A stretch of DNA of 63,765 nt from an uncultured bacterium (GCA_965541585.1 CBEUCH010000018.1:1-63765); one strand, 5' to 3'. Counted from the first letter of the stretch, positions 1-10,338 are shown. Notes: generated by a model not told the origin, from the letters alone. Translations and numbers: made by a program.

Positions 1-2
1 CG

Positions 3-3000
3 TCGCTGATAGCCAGCGTTGAGAATGGCCTCCGGGCGATTAGGGCCGACGAGGTTTGGGCCATGGGTTATACCGGCGCCGGACGGCTCGTCAGCCATCT
101 CGATACCGGAGTCGACGGCAACCATCCGGCGCTGAACGCTCGCTGGAGAGGATATGATCCCCGTTACGCCGACAATCCCGAATGGGCCTGGTTCGATCCA
201 GTAACCAATACCCAGTTCCCATTTGATGCCGGTTCGCACGGAACTCACACCATGGGAACCATCTGCGGTCTGGGTGAGGGCACCGGCGATACCATCGGTG
301 TCGCTTTCGGTGCAGAGTGGATCTCCGCCGGCGTGATAGATAGAGTCTCGATTCCTCGCACCGTTGCAGACGCAATACTATCATTTGAATGGATTGCAGA
401 TCCTGACGATGATCCCTCAACCGTCTGGGACGTGCCTGATTGCAACTCCAACTCCTGGGGTGTGGGGACCTTCCACGGCTACGAACGTTGCGATCCGATA
501 TTCTGGGATGTTCTCGACGGCTGCGAAGCCGCCGGAGTTTTTGTGGTTTTCGCGGCAGGCAACGAGGGACCCGGAGCGCGCACTTTAAGGAATCCTGCTA
601 CCAGGGCGTCAACCGATCTTCAAAGTTTTGCAATCGGCGCTCTCGATGGAAACAATCCTAACCTGCCGATTGCAGGTTTCTCGTCTCGTGGGCCTACTGA
701 GTGCACCCCCGACGGAACCGACACCATCAAGCCCGAAGTTTCGGCTCCGGGCGTGAATGTCAGAAGCTCGGTTCCCGGCGGCGGGTATGCCGGCGGCTGG
801 AGCGGTACCTCCATGGCCTGCCCGCACGTGGCCGGCGTTGTAGCCCTCATGAGAGAAGCCAATCCCAACCTTTCTACCGATCAGATAGGCGAGATCATGC
901 TGGAAACGGCTGCGGATCTCGGCCAGGAGGGTGAGGATAACGCTTACGGCATGGGCATCGTCGATGCCTACGAGGCGGTAACCATGGCCTTAGCCTATCT
1001 CGAGGGTTGGGGAACGCTGGCCGGTTACATTACTGATCAGGCCTCCGGAGATCCCATCGAGGGCGCTACGGTCAGCGTGATCGATCGTCCATGGAGCGCT
1101 ACCTCCAACGGCGTAGGCTTTTATAGGGTTTTCATGCCGGCTGACACCCTCTGGGATATCAGGGTTGATAATTCACCGACCCACCTGCCTGTATTCGACC
1201 AGCAGATGGTCGCGGAAGGTGAAACCCTCTATGTCGATTACGCACTTGAGGGCAAAGTCACCGTCACTCTCATGGCGTCGTTTGCCAACCCGGAGGATGC
1301 TTCCTATCGCGCCTTCTATATCAAGGGCAGCTGGGATAACGATGGTTTCTATGATGAAACCTGGGCCGGTGATTACATTGCCATTTATGACGATGGCGCA
1401 GCGCCGGATGAAACTGCTGAAGACGGTGTTTATACCGGTACCATCATGCTCGCCCGCGATCAGGCTAATACCTATAGCTGGGCAATATACAGTGAGACTT
1501 ACGGCGACGAAGATGCCCGTCTCGATGACGGTGCCGATTTCGATATTCCCGATCTGAACCCGCCGGATGTGGCCACGTTGGTCGTCGATCCGTCCGGTTC
1601 CGATAACAACTGGGTCATCTCGGTGGAAGGCGATAACGGCCTCTCGCTCGATCTGGTGCAGGGCATCGATAACACCCCCACCAAATGGGGAGCGGCTGTG
1701 GCGCTGGATGAAGGAATCACCTATACATTCCGGTTTCATGTCATGCACTCCGATGTTGCCAGCTACGGCTCCGGCGGGATAGGCGGTGCTGATCTGTCAT
1801 ATACGCCGCCGGTGGATAGTTCATACGATTTCATATTCAATGACGCGGACGACAGTTACATAGTGCAGTTGTCTGGCACCGAGGGCCCGCCGATAAATCT
1901 GACCGCCGTCTCCGGGCTCGACCATCATATCCCGGTCTCATGGATAGCTCCAGGGAGAATGGGTTTGCCGGATGGTCCCCCGCTGGCTCTGGATATTCAG
2001 GTCCTGGCCGGGTACAACTTATATCGGGATACCGCTCCCGGGCCGTATGATAGCGGTTTTATAATTAACGATGAACTGATCACCGATCTCACCTATGACG
2101 ACTGGGGCGATGATCCTTACGGACCGATCGTCAATGGTATAACTTATTACTACCAGGGATCGGCGGTTTACGATATCGGCGGCGGTGAATTTGTCGAAGT
2201 TGGGCCATCTAATCAAGCATCCGCGGCGGCGGTCAATCACCCGCCCGCAGCGCCGTTCCTCAATGAGCCGGAGGTTTTAGGCTTCGAGGTAAGCTTGACA
2301 TGGATATTTGAGGATCCGATTGGTGATTTCGACCACTTCGCAATCTATCGCAAATTCATGCCCTCCGGGGAATGGGAATTGGTAGGAACATCTGTCGACG
2401 AAAGCTATACCGATATTATTCCTGATGGTCAGGATGGCGTCTATGGGTACCGTGTTACTGCATTTGATGACGGAGATCCGGCGCTGGAATCCGGTCCGTC
2501 TAATGTAGTCTATGCCTCGGTAGGACATCTTCCTCCTGGCAATCTGGTGGCGACAAGCGAACAGGACGCTCAGGTGCCACTCAGCTGGAGCCTGCCCGGA
2601 ACGTGGCGCGCACCTCCGCCGCCGGATGATCCCGGACTACCATTTGCCCAGGAGTGGAAAGAACGGTCTAACATCGTTTCCCAAGCGCCCGCTGAACAAC
2701 ACCATCTGGATCTCTCACATAAGGGAGACAATGGTAACGTAAACCCGCCCGTTATCCTCGACCAGGGTGGTCCTGACGAGTTTGGCTATACCTGGATCGA
2801 TTCAGATGAGCCGGGTGGTCCGTCATATTCGTGGATCGATATCGTAGGCATCGGCGAGCAGATACCTATAACCAGCGATGACCAGAACCTGGGACCTTTC
2901 GACATCGGGTTTGATTTCTCTTTCTATGGTGAAATCTTCAGCACGTTCAATATCTGCTCGAACGGCTGGATATCGTTCACCAGCACTCAAACCAACTACT

Positions 3001-4913
3001 TTAACCAGCCGATTCCCGATCCCGGCCTGATGGAAAACCTCATAGCGCCTTTCTGGGATGACCTTTATCCACCCAATGGCGGAGAGTTCTGGTATTATTC
3101 CGACGGTTTTGAGCTCGTAATCTCTTTTATTGACGTTCCGCACTTCGGGTCCGGTGGTCCTTATACGTTCCAAATCATTTTACGGCAAAGCGGAGCGATT
3201 ATGTATCAATACCAGGAGATGTTGTCACCTTTGAATTCCTCTACCGTTGGCATACAGAACGGTGATGGTAGCATCGGCCTGCAGATCGCTTACAATGCCG
3301 ACTATATTCATGACGAACTTGCAATCAGAATTGCTACCGGCCCCGATGGCTTTCCCCCGGTACACTACAATCTGTATCGTTCCGAGAGCAGTCCGGTGCC
3401 GGTCGATCCGGATTACCTGATTACAGGTGATATTCCGGGTGATACGACCAGCTATATTGATTCCAGCGACCTTGAAAACGGCACAACATATTATTATGTC
3501 GTAACAGCAGTCTGGCCGGACTCCGTGGAATCGCCTCCTTCAAATGAAGCCAGTGCCACGCCTGTGCTCGGCGCCAGGATGGTTCTCGATCCAACTTCAT
3601 TCACGGCCACGGCCGGCCCGGGAGAGATCGTCACCGAAACCCTCAATATCTCAAATCCCGGCGGACTCGATCTCGACTTCGTGATAATAGCCGAAACTGA
3701 TAACCGCAGGCTCAGGATTCCGGTCGATCCATATTCTGATAGGATCGAAGAGACGGAGTTCACGAGATATTCGGTAAAGTACGACAAATCGAATCCCCAT
3801 GAGGAGGAAACATATCCACCCGTGATTCTCGATCGCGGCGGCCCCGATGAGTTCGGATACGTATGGATAGATTCGGACGAGCCCGGTGGACCGACTTTCG
3901 ATTGGATTGATATTACCGATATCGGGGATCCAATCTCTATGACTGACGATGACAACCAGGGTCCGTTCCAGATGGCTTTCGAATTCCCGTTTTATGGTTC
4001 GTTCTATAACTCAATCAGGCTTTGCTCAAACGGCTTCCTATCTTTCACAAGTACAAGCACCGATTGGAGCAACGACCCGATTCCGGGTTCCAGTGCTCCC
4101 GAGAATCTGATTGCTCCTTTCTGGGAAGATATAGCCCCCAACAACGGCGGAATGATTTACCTCTACGCCGACGAGGAAATGACAGTCTTTTCCTGGATCG
4201 ACGTTCCCGCCTTTGACTGGGACGGAGGAACGGGTCCTTTCACCTTCGAGGTAATACTCTACCCTAGCGGCGCCATAAAATACCAGTATCTGGAGATGTA
4301 TCCGCCGCTTGCGAGCGCTACTATCGGTATCCAGGATGGCACTCAAACCATCGGCCTGCAGATTGCTTTTGACCAACCGTACGTTCATGACGATCTGGCT
4401 GTGATGATAACCACTGGCTGGCTATCTGCAGATCCGAGTGCAGGCACAGTCGGGGCCGGCGATAATATGGATGTTGACATCATATTCGATGCTTCATTCA
4501 TCGAAGATGGCACCTATACCGGGCAGTTGATCGTCACGGGTTACGACATGAACGATATTGTTGATCAGATCATCGTTCCCTGCACTTTCATCGTCGGTCC
4601 GACTGCAATCGACGGAGAGGAGATCAATCTCCCCGCTGAATTCTCTCTCTCGCAAAACTATCCGAATCCGTTCAATCCTGCGACCGAGATCAAATTCGCG
4701 CTTCCTGAAAACGCGCATGTGAAGATTGAAATCTTCAACGTGCTCGGCCAGAAGGTGCGGACGCTGGTCGATACCGATATGGACGCCGGATATCAATCCA
4801 TTGTCTGGAATGGCGCCGACCGAAGCGGACGGAGCGTATCGAGCGGAATATACCTCTACAGAATGCAGGCCGAAGACAAGACATTCACAAAGAAGATGTT
4901 GATGCTGAAATAG
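3..4913 (+). CDS. Large secreted S8 (subtilisin-family) serine peptidase with carboxypeptidase-regulatory-like/FN3-like domains, a duplicated GGPDEFGY domain and C-terminal FlgD/T9SS-type sorting domain; 5'-partial
   Basis: Catalytic triad motifs HLDTGVD, SHGTHTMGT and GTSMACPH; C-terminal QNYPNPFNPATEIKF...KKMLMLK. The frame is open from position 3, so the true start lies upstream of the window. Confidence 0.92.
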   Translation, partial: SLIASVENGLRAIRADEVWAMGYTGAGRLVSHLDTGVDGNHPALNARWRGYDPRYADNPEWAWFDPVTNTQFPFDAGSHGTHTMGTICGLGEGTGDTIGVAFGAEWISAGVIDRVSIPRTVADAILSFEWIADPDDDPSTVWDVPDCNSNSWGVGTFHGYERCDPIFWDVLDGCEAAGVFVVFAAGNEGPGARTLRNPATRASTDLQSFAIGALDGNNPNLPIAGFSSRGPTECTPDGTDTIKPEVSAPGVNVRSSVPGGGYAGGWSGTSMACPHVAGVVALMREANPNLSTDQIGEIMLETAADLGQEGEDNAYGMGIVDAYEAVTMALAYLEGWGTLAGYITDQASGDPIEGATVSVIDRPWSATSNGVGFYRVFMPADTLWDIRVDNSPTHLPVFDQQMVAEGETLYVDYALEGKVTVTLMASFANPEDASYRAFYIKGSWDNDGFYDETWAGDYIAIYDDGAAPDETAEDGVYTGTIMLARDQANTYSWAIYSETYGDEDARLDDGADFDIPDLNPPDVATLVVDPSGSDNNWVISVEGDNGLSLDLVQGIDNTPTKWGAAVALDEGITYTFRFHVMHSDVASYGSGGIGGADLSYTPPVDSSYDFIFNDADDSYIVQLSGTEGPPINLTAVSGLDHHIPVSWIAPGRMGLPDGPPLALDIQVLAGYNLYRDTAPGPYDSGFIINDELITDLTYDDWGDDPYGPIVNGITYYYQGSAVYDIGGGEFVEVGPSNQASAAAVNHPPAAPFLNEPEVLGFEVSLTWIFEDPIGDFDHFAIYRKFMPSGEWELVGTSVDESYTDIIPDGQDGVYGYRVTAFDDGDPALESGPSNVVYASVGHLPPGNLVATSEQDAQVPLSWSLPGTWRAPPPPDDPGLPFAQEWKERSNIVSQAPAEQHHLDLSHKGDNGNVNPPVILDQGGPDEFGYTWIDSDEPGGPSYSWIDIVGIGEQIPITSDDQNLGPFDIGFDFSFYGEIFSTFNICSNGWISFTSTQTNYFNQPIPDPGLMENLIAPFWDDLYPPNGGEFWYYSDGFELVISFIDVPHFGSGGPYTFQIILRQSGAIMYQYQEMLSPLNSSTVGIQNGDGSIGLQIAYNADYIHDELAIRIATGPDGFPPVHYNLYRSESSPVPVDPDYLITGDIPGDTTSYIDSSDLENGTTYYYVVTAVWPDSVESPPSNEASATPVLGARMVLDPTSFTATAGPGEIVTETLNISNPGGLDLDFVIIAETDNRRLRIPVDPYSDRIEETEFTRYSVKYDKSNPHEEETYPPVILDRGGPDEFGYVWIDSDEPGGPTFDWIDITDIGDPISMTDDDNQGPFQMAFEFPFYGSFYNSIRLCSNGFLSFTSTSTDWSNDPIPGSSAPENLIAPFWEDIAPNNGGMIYLYADEEMTVFSWIDVPAFDWDGGTGPFTFEVILYPSGAIKYQYLEMYPPLASATIGIQDGTQTIGLQIAFDQPYVHDDLAVMITTGWLSADPSAGTVGAGDNMDVDIIFDASFIEDGTYTGQLIVTGYDMNDIVDQIIVPCTFIVGPTAIDGEEINLPAEFSLSQNYPNPFNPATEIKFALPENAHVKIEIFNVLGQKVRTLVDTDMDAGYQSIVWNGADRSGRSVSSGIYLYRMQAEDKTFTKKMLMLK

Positions 4914-4929
4914 AATTTTCGATATAGTC

Positions 4930-4966
4930 AAAACAATGGGGAGTTGCCAAAACTCCCTTTTGTTTT
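4930..4966 (+). terminator. Intrinsic terminator after the S8 peptidase
   Basis: Hairpin aaaacaatggggagtt / aactcccttttgtttt with a T-rich 3' side, 17 nt after the stop codon. Confidence 0.7.
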
Positions 4967-5078
4967 ATCATTTAGCGATTCGGTTAGATATTGCACGCTG
5001 AACATCAAGAAGCCGCCAAGGGTGTTCAGCTATCTATGTACTTATACCATTATTGAAATGCTATTTTGAGGGATTATT

Positions 5079-5107
5079 AAAAAAGCGGCTGGAATGAATC
5101 CAACCGC
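5079..5107 (-). terminator. Intrinsic terminator after the small zinc-finger ORF
   Basis: Minus strand gcggttgga-ttcat-tccagccgc followed by tttttt. Confidence 0.7.
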
Positions 5108-5120
5108 CTAAGACAGATCA

Positions 5121-5234
5121 TTATCTTTGTCTCTTGTGAAGATGGCAGCGTTTCGCTGGAGGCGCCACCTTGCGTTTACACCTTTTTCCTGCTGATGTCT
5201 TGCCGGCGCAACGGACTTTCCTCTTAGATGCCAT
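5121..5234 (-). CDS. 37-aa basic CCCH zinc-finger-like protein (DUF5763-like), absent from the ORF track
   Basis: AAGGAGG RBS, then MASKRKVRCAGKTSAGKRCKRKVAPPAKRCHLHKRQR*; C-x9-C-x10-C-x2-H pattern; terminator follows. Confidence 0.75.
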   Translation of the reverse strand: MASKRKVRCAGKTSAGKRCKRKVAPPAKRCHLHKRQR

Positions 5235-5256
5235 TACAAACCTCCTTCTGTATTAT

Positions 5257-5985
5257 CTACTTACGCCTTAACTCCCTCAGACGCACCCATTCACCTTTCT
5301 TATTCTTGAAGTGCCAAAACCACCATCCATTTGTTGAACGACCTGTTGCCGCCTTTCCAGCCATGGAAGGTGAATTAAAAAGATTCCCATTGAAGTTGAT
5401 TGTGCCATTGCTTCTAACTTTAGCTTCGTACGATTTTCCTCTATACTTAGCCCGAATTTTGAAACGCTTCTTGACATAGGATGCTAAAGAAGGCTGGCGT
5501 GCGATTCTCGCCCTTCTTTGCGGTTGAGATTTTTTCTGTTTCAGTTTAATTCTTTTCTTGGCGCCAAGTAGGCTAATAAGTTGTTTCGCCTGGGCTGTTT
5601 TTATTTTGGCCTGAAGTTCAAATCTCAAATTCTCGGCTCGGGCCAATCGCCCCCTTGTTGCATTTCCTGTTGGATCCGCAATTCGCAAGATCAATGATTC
5701 AAGCTCTTTTATATGATCAGCTTTTCTTACCAGATAAAGGCTGAATTTGTCCCACTTCCCTGCATGTCTGTCTCGCAAATGATGTCTGATTCTATTTCTC
5801 AAATTGCTGGCAAGCCCAACATAATAGAGACGGTTGCCCTTATAAAGGGCGTAAACACCGTGTTGTTTGCTCACTAAATCTGTAAGTTGCTTTGGGAAGT
5901 CTGAAAATACTTTACTCGAAATCCGTTCTAAATGGCCTAGAACTAATTGCCTGCTTCGCCGAGTTCTCTTTTTTTTGACTGCCAC
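5257..5985 (-). CDS. GIY-YIG nuclease with C-terminal RAMA/DUF4357-like domain
   Basis: GVYALY...LYYVGLASNLRNRI and later ELES (GIY-YIG); FNSPSMAGKAATGRSTNGWWFW (RAMA-like). Confidence 0.8.
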   Translation of the reverse strand: MAVKKKRTRRSRQLVLGHLERISSKVFSDFPKQLTDLVSKQHGVYALYKGNRLYYVGLASNLRNRIRHHLRDRHAGKWDKFSLYLVRKADHIKELESLILRIADPTGNATRGRLARAENLRFELQAKIKTAQAKQLISLLGAKKRIKLKQKKSQPQRRARIARQPSLASYVKKRFKIRAKYRGKSYEAKVRSNGTINFNGNLFNSPSMAGKAATGRSTNGWWFWHFKNKKGEWVRLRELRRK

Positions 5986-6066
5986 TTTGGTTTCCTGGTC
6001 TATTCTCAGATGCTAAAACGCCTTTATGCGGAAATTCTAGGAGAAACATGGCCCATATGGCAATGA

Positions 6067-6663
6067 TTTTATTGCTGTCATACCGCCCAGATCGGTCGAT
6101 TCAAATCATATCTTATTGCATCCAAAAATAGCTGGGCCGATGATATCAAGCTTCAATTGAAACACGCCACGCCTTACTTGAAGCGAATTATAGGCCTTGG
6201 GGCATATGGGGGACTGCGCCGGTCCGAGATAGCGGAGCTTAAAATGTCCGATTTTGATTTGAAGAGAAAAGAGATCAAAATCCGATCAGATCAGGATTAC
6301 ACGCCTAAGGGTAAGCGGCCGCGGACAATCCCTCTAAATGGTAAACTCATCGGAATTTTGAAATCTACCGGTTCCATTTCTGGTTCATGGGTGCTACCTT
6401 GAACGATGAAAGATGGGGCACCATTCAATTTCCATCGGTTGCAGGAGTTATCGTTAGCCTATAAAAGATTCCTGATAAAGTTCGGACAGAAGGGCAAGCT
6501 ACATGATCTCAGACATTCCTTCGGAACTTATGCAGTTGCGTCCGGTGTGCCAATCAGAGACGCCCAAGCATGGATGGGTCATTTCGATATTCAATCGACG
6601 ATGATTTATACTCATCACGCACCCGATGTGAATAGCGATAAGATCAATTTACTTCCCTATTAG
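6067..6663 (+). pseudogene. Tyrosine recombinase/integrase remnant
   Basis: GLRRSEI (Arg I), LHDLRHSF (HxxR) and GHFDIQSTMIY (catalytic Tyr) in one frame, broken by TGA at 6400-6402; N-terminal domains are missing. Confidence 0.85.
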
Positions 6664-6693
6664 GTGCTAAAAATTTGCTATATACGATTGTTG

Positions 6694-6786
6694 TAAGTTA
6701 TTGATATATATAGAGAGTTACTTTACTGCCAGACCTCCAAGATTACGACATGCTTTTGTCGCATTCTCTTTAATGTCAATAACTTA
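6694..6786. promoter_or_regulatory. Two IHF-consensus sites beside the left att core
   Basis: TATCAATAACTTA on the minus strand at 6694-6706 (exact WATCAANNNNTTR); TGTCAATAACTTA at 6774-6786 (one mismatch). Confidence 0.6.
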
Positions 6787-6802
6787 CAGCGGCAGAATCC
6801 AT

Positions 6803-7080
6803 GCGGAGAGACTGGGAATCTCCGACATAGGTTTTAGTTAATCCCATACACAGCAGCAAAATACGGGATAACTATAAGATTTTCAATAGATTAGGTTTTA
6901 TATCTGTTTGTGTCTGTTTGTATCTGTTTTTGTCTGTTTTGGTGGTAGGTGGTCACAATATGGGCACAAAAGCGTTTCGCCATCATTTTATAGAGAGGTC
7001 AAACAACTACACCATGCTATACACGCCGCCAGAATGGATGGGACCATTCTGAGACTTTAAACCGAGATTTGGCATACATA
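6803..7080. repeat. att arm, copy 1: tRNA-Ser core, 4x10-bp tandem repeat and arm-type direct repeat; homologous to 57592-57858
   Basis: gcggagagactggga at 6803-6817; (t[ag]tctgttt[gt])x4 at 6901-6940; tggtcacaatatgggcaca at 6950-6968; colinear similarity to 57592-57858. Confidence 0.9.
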
Positions 7081-7096
7081 TATTCATATCGTACTA

Positions 7097-7819
7097 TCAT
7101 CCACCCAAAAACGCCCTTTTGACCTGTTCGTTTTCAATGAGTTCCTCAGTTTTACCTTCCAGCTCAATCTTCCCGACTGAGAAAACGTATGCACGGGTAG
7201 CAACCTCCAAAGCCATGCGGGCGTTTTGCTCCACCAAGAGAATAGTGGTACCCGTTCGGTTAATCTCTTGAAGTTTAACAAATATAAGATCTACAAAATT
7301 GGGCGATAATCCCAGAGATGGTTCATCGGCCAAAAGCAATTTCGGGTTTAACACGATCGAACGACCCAAAGCAAGCATCTGCTGTTCCCCCGTTGACAGA
7401 GTACCGGCCTTTTGTTTGGCACGTTCTTTCAATCTAGGGAAAAGATCGAAGATGACCTCTAATTCCCCTTTAGCGTTCTTTTTTCCATCCCGACTGAATA
7501 AGCCCATTTCAAGATTCTCGAAAACGGTCATCGTCGGAAATACCCGTCTGCCCTCCGGTACCAGGGCTATACCTTTTCGAACCAACTGATCGGTCCTCAA
7601 TCCGGTTATCGATCTATCGTTAAATTCAATACTCCCGTCAATAATTTCTCCCCCATATTCATCGAGCAGACCGCTGACAGCTTTAAGCGCTGTCGATTTC
7701 CCCGCTCCGTTGGGGCCGATCATAGCCACAATCTCGCCCGATTCGACATGGAAAGATACGTTTTCCAGCGCTCTCACGGCTCCATAATTGACCGACAGAT
7801 TATTCGCTTTTAGAAGCAA
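7097..7819 (-). CDS. livF: Branched-chain amino acid-type ABC transporter ATPase
   Basis: GPNGAGKST, VPEGRRVF, LSTGEQQMLA, DEPSLGL, VEQNA. Confidence 0.93.
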   Translation of the reverse strand: MLLKANNLSVNYGAVRALENVSFHVESGEIVAMIGPNGAGKSTALKAVSGLLDEYGGEIIDGSIEFNDRSITGLRTDQLVRKGIALVPEGRRVFPTMTVFENLEMGLFSRDGKKNAKGELEVIFDLFPRLKERAKQKAGTLSTGEQQMLALGRSIVLNPKLLLADEPSLGLSPNFVDLIFVKLQEINRTGTTILLVEQNARMALEVATRAYVFSVGKIELEGKTEELIENEQVKRAFLGG

Positions 7820-8582
7820 CCGACCTCCTCCGTCCGAGGTACGCCGTGATTACCTCGTCGTTGTTTTGTATCTCCGACGGCGAACCGTCAGCTATGATTC
7901 TTCCATAATTGAGGACTATGATCCGTTCGGCGATATCCATGACGACTTTCATATCATGTTCGATAAACAGAATCGTTTTACCATCATCCTTAAGCTGCTT
8001 GATAATCCTCTTCATTTCCGTAACCATCTCGGGGAATAATCCCGCGGTAGGCTCATCCAAAAGGAGCAATTGAGGATTTAAAGCCAGAAGCCGGGCTATC
8101 TCTACGAGCCTTCGTTGACCATGCGAAAGTTCCTGGCCAAGAGCATCCTGCTTATGTTCGAGACCGACTTTCTTTAAAAGATCGATCGCTACGGATCTGT
8201 TTTCATCGTCCTCGCGAATCATCCTTTTCGATCGAAGAAGAGCCGATGTCAATCTTTCCCCCGTATCATACTTCAAGGCCAGCATTAAATTCTCCAGCAC
8301 GGTCAATTGAGGGAAAAGCCTGATATTTTGGAATGTCCTTCCTATGCCCATTCTGGCTATCCTATACGGCGGTAGACTGGAGATCTTCTTAGAATTGATC
8401 TGTACCTCTCCCCTGCCTTGTCTCAGAAAACCGGTGATCACATTGAAAACGGTGGTCTTACCCGCGCCGTTGGGACCTATAAGCGCCGTTATCTGGCCTT
8501 TATTAAGCTCGAATGAAAGATCGTCGATAGCTCTGACACCATCGAAATCCTTCGAAAGATTTTTAACTTCGAAAAAAGCCAT
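7800..8582 (-). CDS. livG: Branched-chain amino acid-type ABC transporter ATPase
   Basis: GPNGAGKTT, GIGRTFQNIRLF, LLLDEPTAG, IEHDM, AYLG. Confidence 0.93.
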   Translation of the reverse strand: MAFFEVKNLSKDFDGVRAIDDLSFELNKGQITALIGPNGAGKTTVFNVITGFLRQGRGEVQINSKKISSLPPYRIARMGIGRTFQNIRLFPQLTVLENLMLALKYDTGERLTSALLRSKRMIREDDENRSVAIDLLKKVGLEHKQDALGQELSHGQRRLVEIARLLALNPQLLLLDEPTAGLFPEMVTEMKRIIKQLKDDGKTILFIEHDMKVVMDIAERIIVLNYGRIIADGSPSEIQNNDEVITAYLGRRRSVASKSE

Positions 8583-8587
8583 ATACT

Positions 8588-9457
8588 CTACCTGAATCGA
8601 TATCGTCCCAGAATCCCCTGCGGACGTTTTAGCATTAGAAGAACCAATAAAAGCCCATATATCATCTGACGCATAGGAGCGGCGATAGAGCTTGGCATTC
8701 CAAGGAATCGAAGCATCTCCGGCAAGATGACAAGTATAGCCGCGCCCACGAATGAACCCTTGATACTTCCCATACCGCCGAACACTACCATCAACAGGAT
8801 CGTTATGGATTCCATGATGGTGAAGCTCGAAGGATCGATGAAGGTGATATAATGCGCGTACAGGCTCCCGGCGATACCCGCAAAGAACGCGCCTATCATA
8901 AATACGAGGATCTTGTGACGGTTGACATTTTTTCCCAACGATTCGGTGGCGATTTCATCCTCCCTGATCCCTTTGAGGATTCGTCCGAACGGCGAGTTTA
9001 CTACGCGTGTCAGGAGAAAGGCTGTTAACGACACCAGTAACGTTACCAGAATCAGGTAAGACCAGATCGACGATAATTGAAAACCGGCGATGGAAAAGGT
9101 GGGGATTCCCGGAAGCCCCAGAGGTCCCCGCGTTACCGCTACCCAGTTTTTGGCGATTGAATATACGATCACGGCAAAACCGAACGTGGCCAACGCAAAG
9201 TAGTCGCCTTTAAGACGCAGCGACGGGAACGCGATTACCCCACCCACAAGGGAGGCGGCACCAGCTCCGATCAGAAGGCCGATCCATGGGGAGATACCGT
9301 AATTAAGAGCCAGCAAAGCCGATACGTAAGCTCCGACGCATGAAAAGGCGGCGTGGCCCAAAGCCGGCAGGCCGGTATAGCCGAGGATCAGGTTCAGGCT
9401 CAATGCCAGGATGATGTAGATTCCGGCGATGACCAGAATATGCAAGAGATATTCCAC
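8588..9457 (-). CDS. livM: Branched-chain amino acid-type ABC transporter permease
   Basis: LNLILGYTG, LGHAAF, LRLKGDYFALAT, GIREDE, GGMGS. Confidence 0.92.
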   Translation of the reverse strand: MEYLLHILVIAGIYIILALSLNLILGYTGLPALGHAAFSCVGAYVSALLALNYGISPWIGLLIGAGAASLVGGVIAFPSLRLKGDYFALATFGFAVIVYSIAKNWVAVTRGPLGLPGIPTFSIAGFQLSSIWSYLILVTLLVSLTAFLLTRVVNSPFGRILKGIREDEIATESLGKNVNRHKILVFMIGAFFAGIAGSLYAHYITFIDPSSFTIMESITILLMVVFGGMGSIKGSFVGAAILVILPEMLRFLGMPSSIAAPMRQMIYGLLLVLLMLKRPQGILGRYRFR

Positions 9458-10338
9458 TATACTCGCTCCTTCTCCACCGCTACGCCGAAAATGCCGCCTG
9501 GACGGATGAGCAGGAAGATTATGAGGATGGCGAACGCGATACTGTCTTTCCAGCCCGACTGGATTTTCCAGATGCCGAGGTTCTCGGCGATGCCCAGGAA
9601 AAGCCCTCCGGCCACCGCGCCGGGGATGCTTCCGATCCCGCCGATGATGGCGGCGATGATACCTTTGAAGATAGCGTTGAAGCCCATGGTCGGTTCGATA
9701 TTGGTCTCAAGCGAGATCAGGATACCGGCGGCTCCTGCTAACGCCGAACCGATGGCGAATGAGGAGAATATGATCTTCTCAGGGTTGATCCCGACTATGC
9801 TGGCAGCGACGGGATCATCGGCAACCGCCCGCATGGCTTTGCCGAGCTTCGCTCGCTGTATGAAAATCCATAATGCGCCTAAGAGTACGATGCTGACTAC
9901 GAGGATCAGTATCTGTATATCGGTGATGACCGCCCCGAGAATATGGTGGCCTTCCTTGACTGGCCCGGTGCGGATGGTCAGGATCTGCGCGCCGTAGATG
10001 AGTTGCAGGAGGTTTTGAATGAATATGAATACCCCGAACGAGGCTATAAGGAATACCAGGTTGGCTGCTTTTTGCTTACGAAGCGGACGATAGACCAGCC
10101 GATCGATAGCAACCCCGATCACCCCGGCCAGAATTGAGGCAAAAAAAAAGCTGACGATCGGATTTACGCCAAGCTGAACAACCAGCGTATATGCCAGATA
10201 CGCCCCGGCAGTATAGACCACCCCGTGCGCCAGATTAAAAAATCGCACGGTCTTATAGATAACCGCAAACCCCAGCGCAATCAGCGCGTAGATGCTACCG
10301 GCGATCAGGCCGTCGAAGAGCAGTTGAGTTATGAGCAA
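9457..10338 (-). CDS. livH: Branched-chain amino acid-type ABC transporter permease
   Basis: GSIYALIALGF, FNLAHG, GKAMRAVA, IIGGIGS, RPGGIFG. Confidence 0.92.
   Translation of the reverse strand: MLITQLLFDGLIAGSIYALIALGFAVIYKTVRFFNLAHGVVYTAGAYLAYTLVVQLGVNPIVSFFFASILAGVIGVAIDRLVYRPLRKQKAANLVFLIASFGVFIFIQNLLQLIYGAQILTIRTGPVKEGHHILGAVITDIQILILVVSIVLLGALWIFIQRAKLGKAMRAVADDPVAASIVGINPEKIIFSSFAIGSALAGAAGILISLETNIEPTMGFNAIFKGIIAAIIGGIGSIPGAVAGGLFLGIAENLGIWKIQSGWKDSIAFAILIIFLLIRPGGIFGVAVEKERV

Noticed and set aside
6400..6402. Selenocysteine or stop-codon readthrough in the integrase remnant
   Set aside because: The gene also lacks its N-terminal domains, and TGA is used as a normal stop elsewhere, so a nonsense mutation is simpler
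6732..6748. tRNA-Thr-like fragment (tcgtaatcttggaggtc on the minus strand)
   Set aside because: Too short and lacks a T arm; could be chance
6901..6968. CRISPR array
   Set aside because: 10-bp tandem units without spacers; no cas genes in the window
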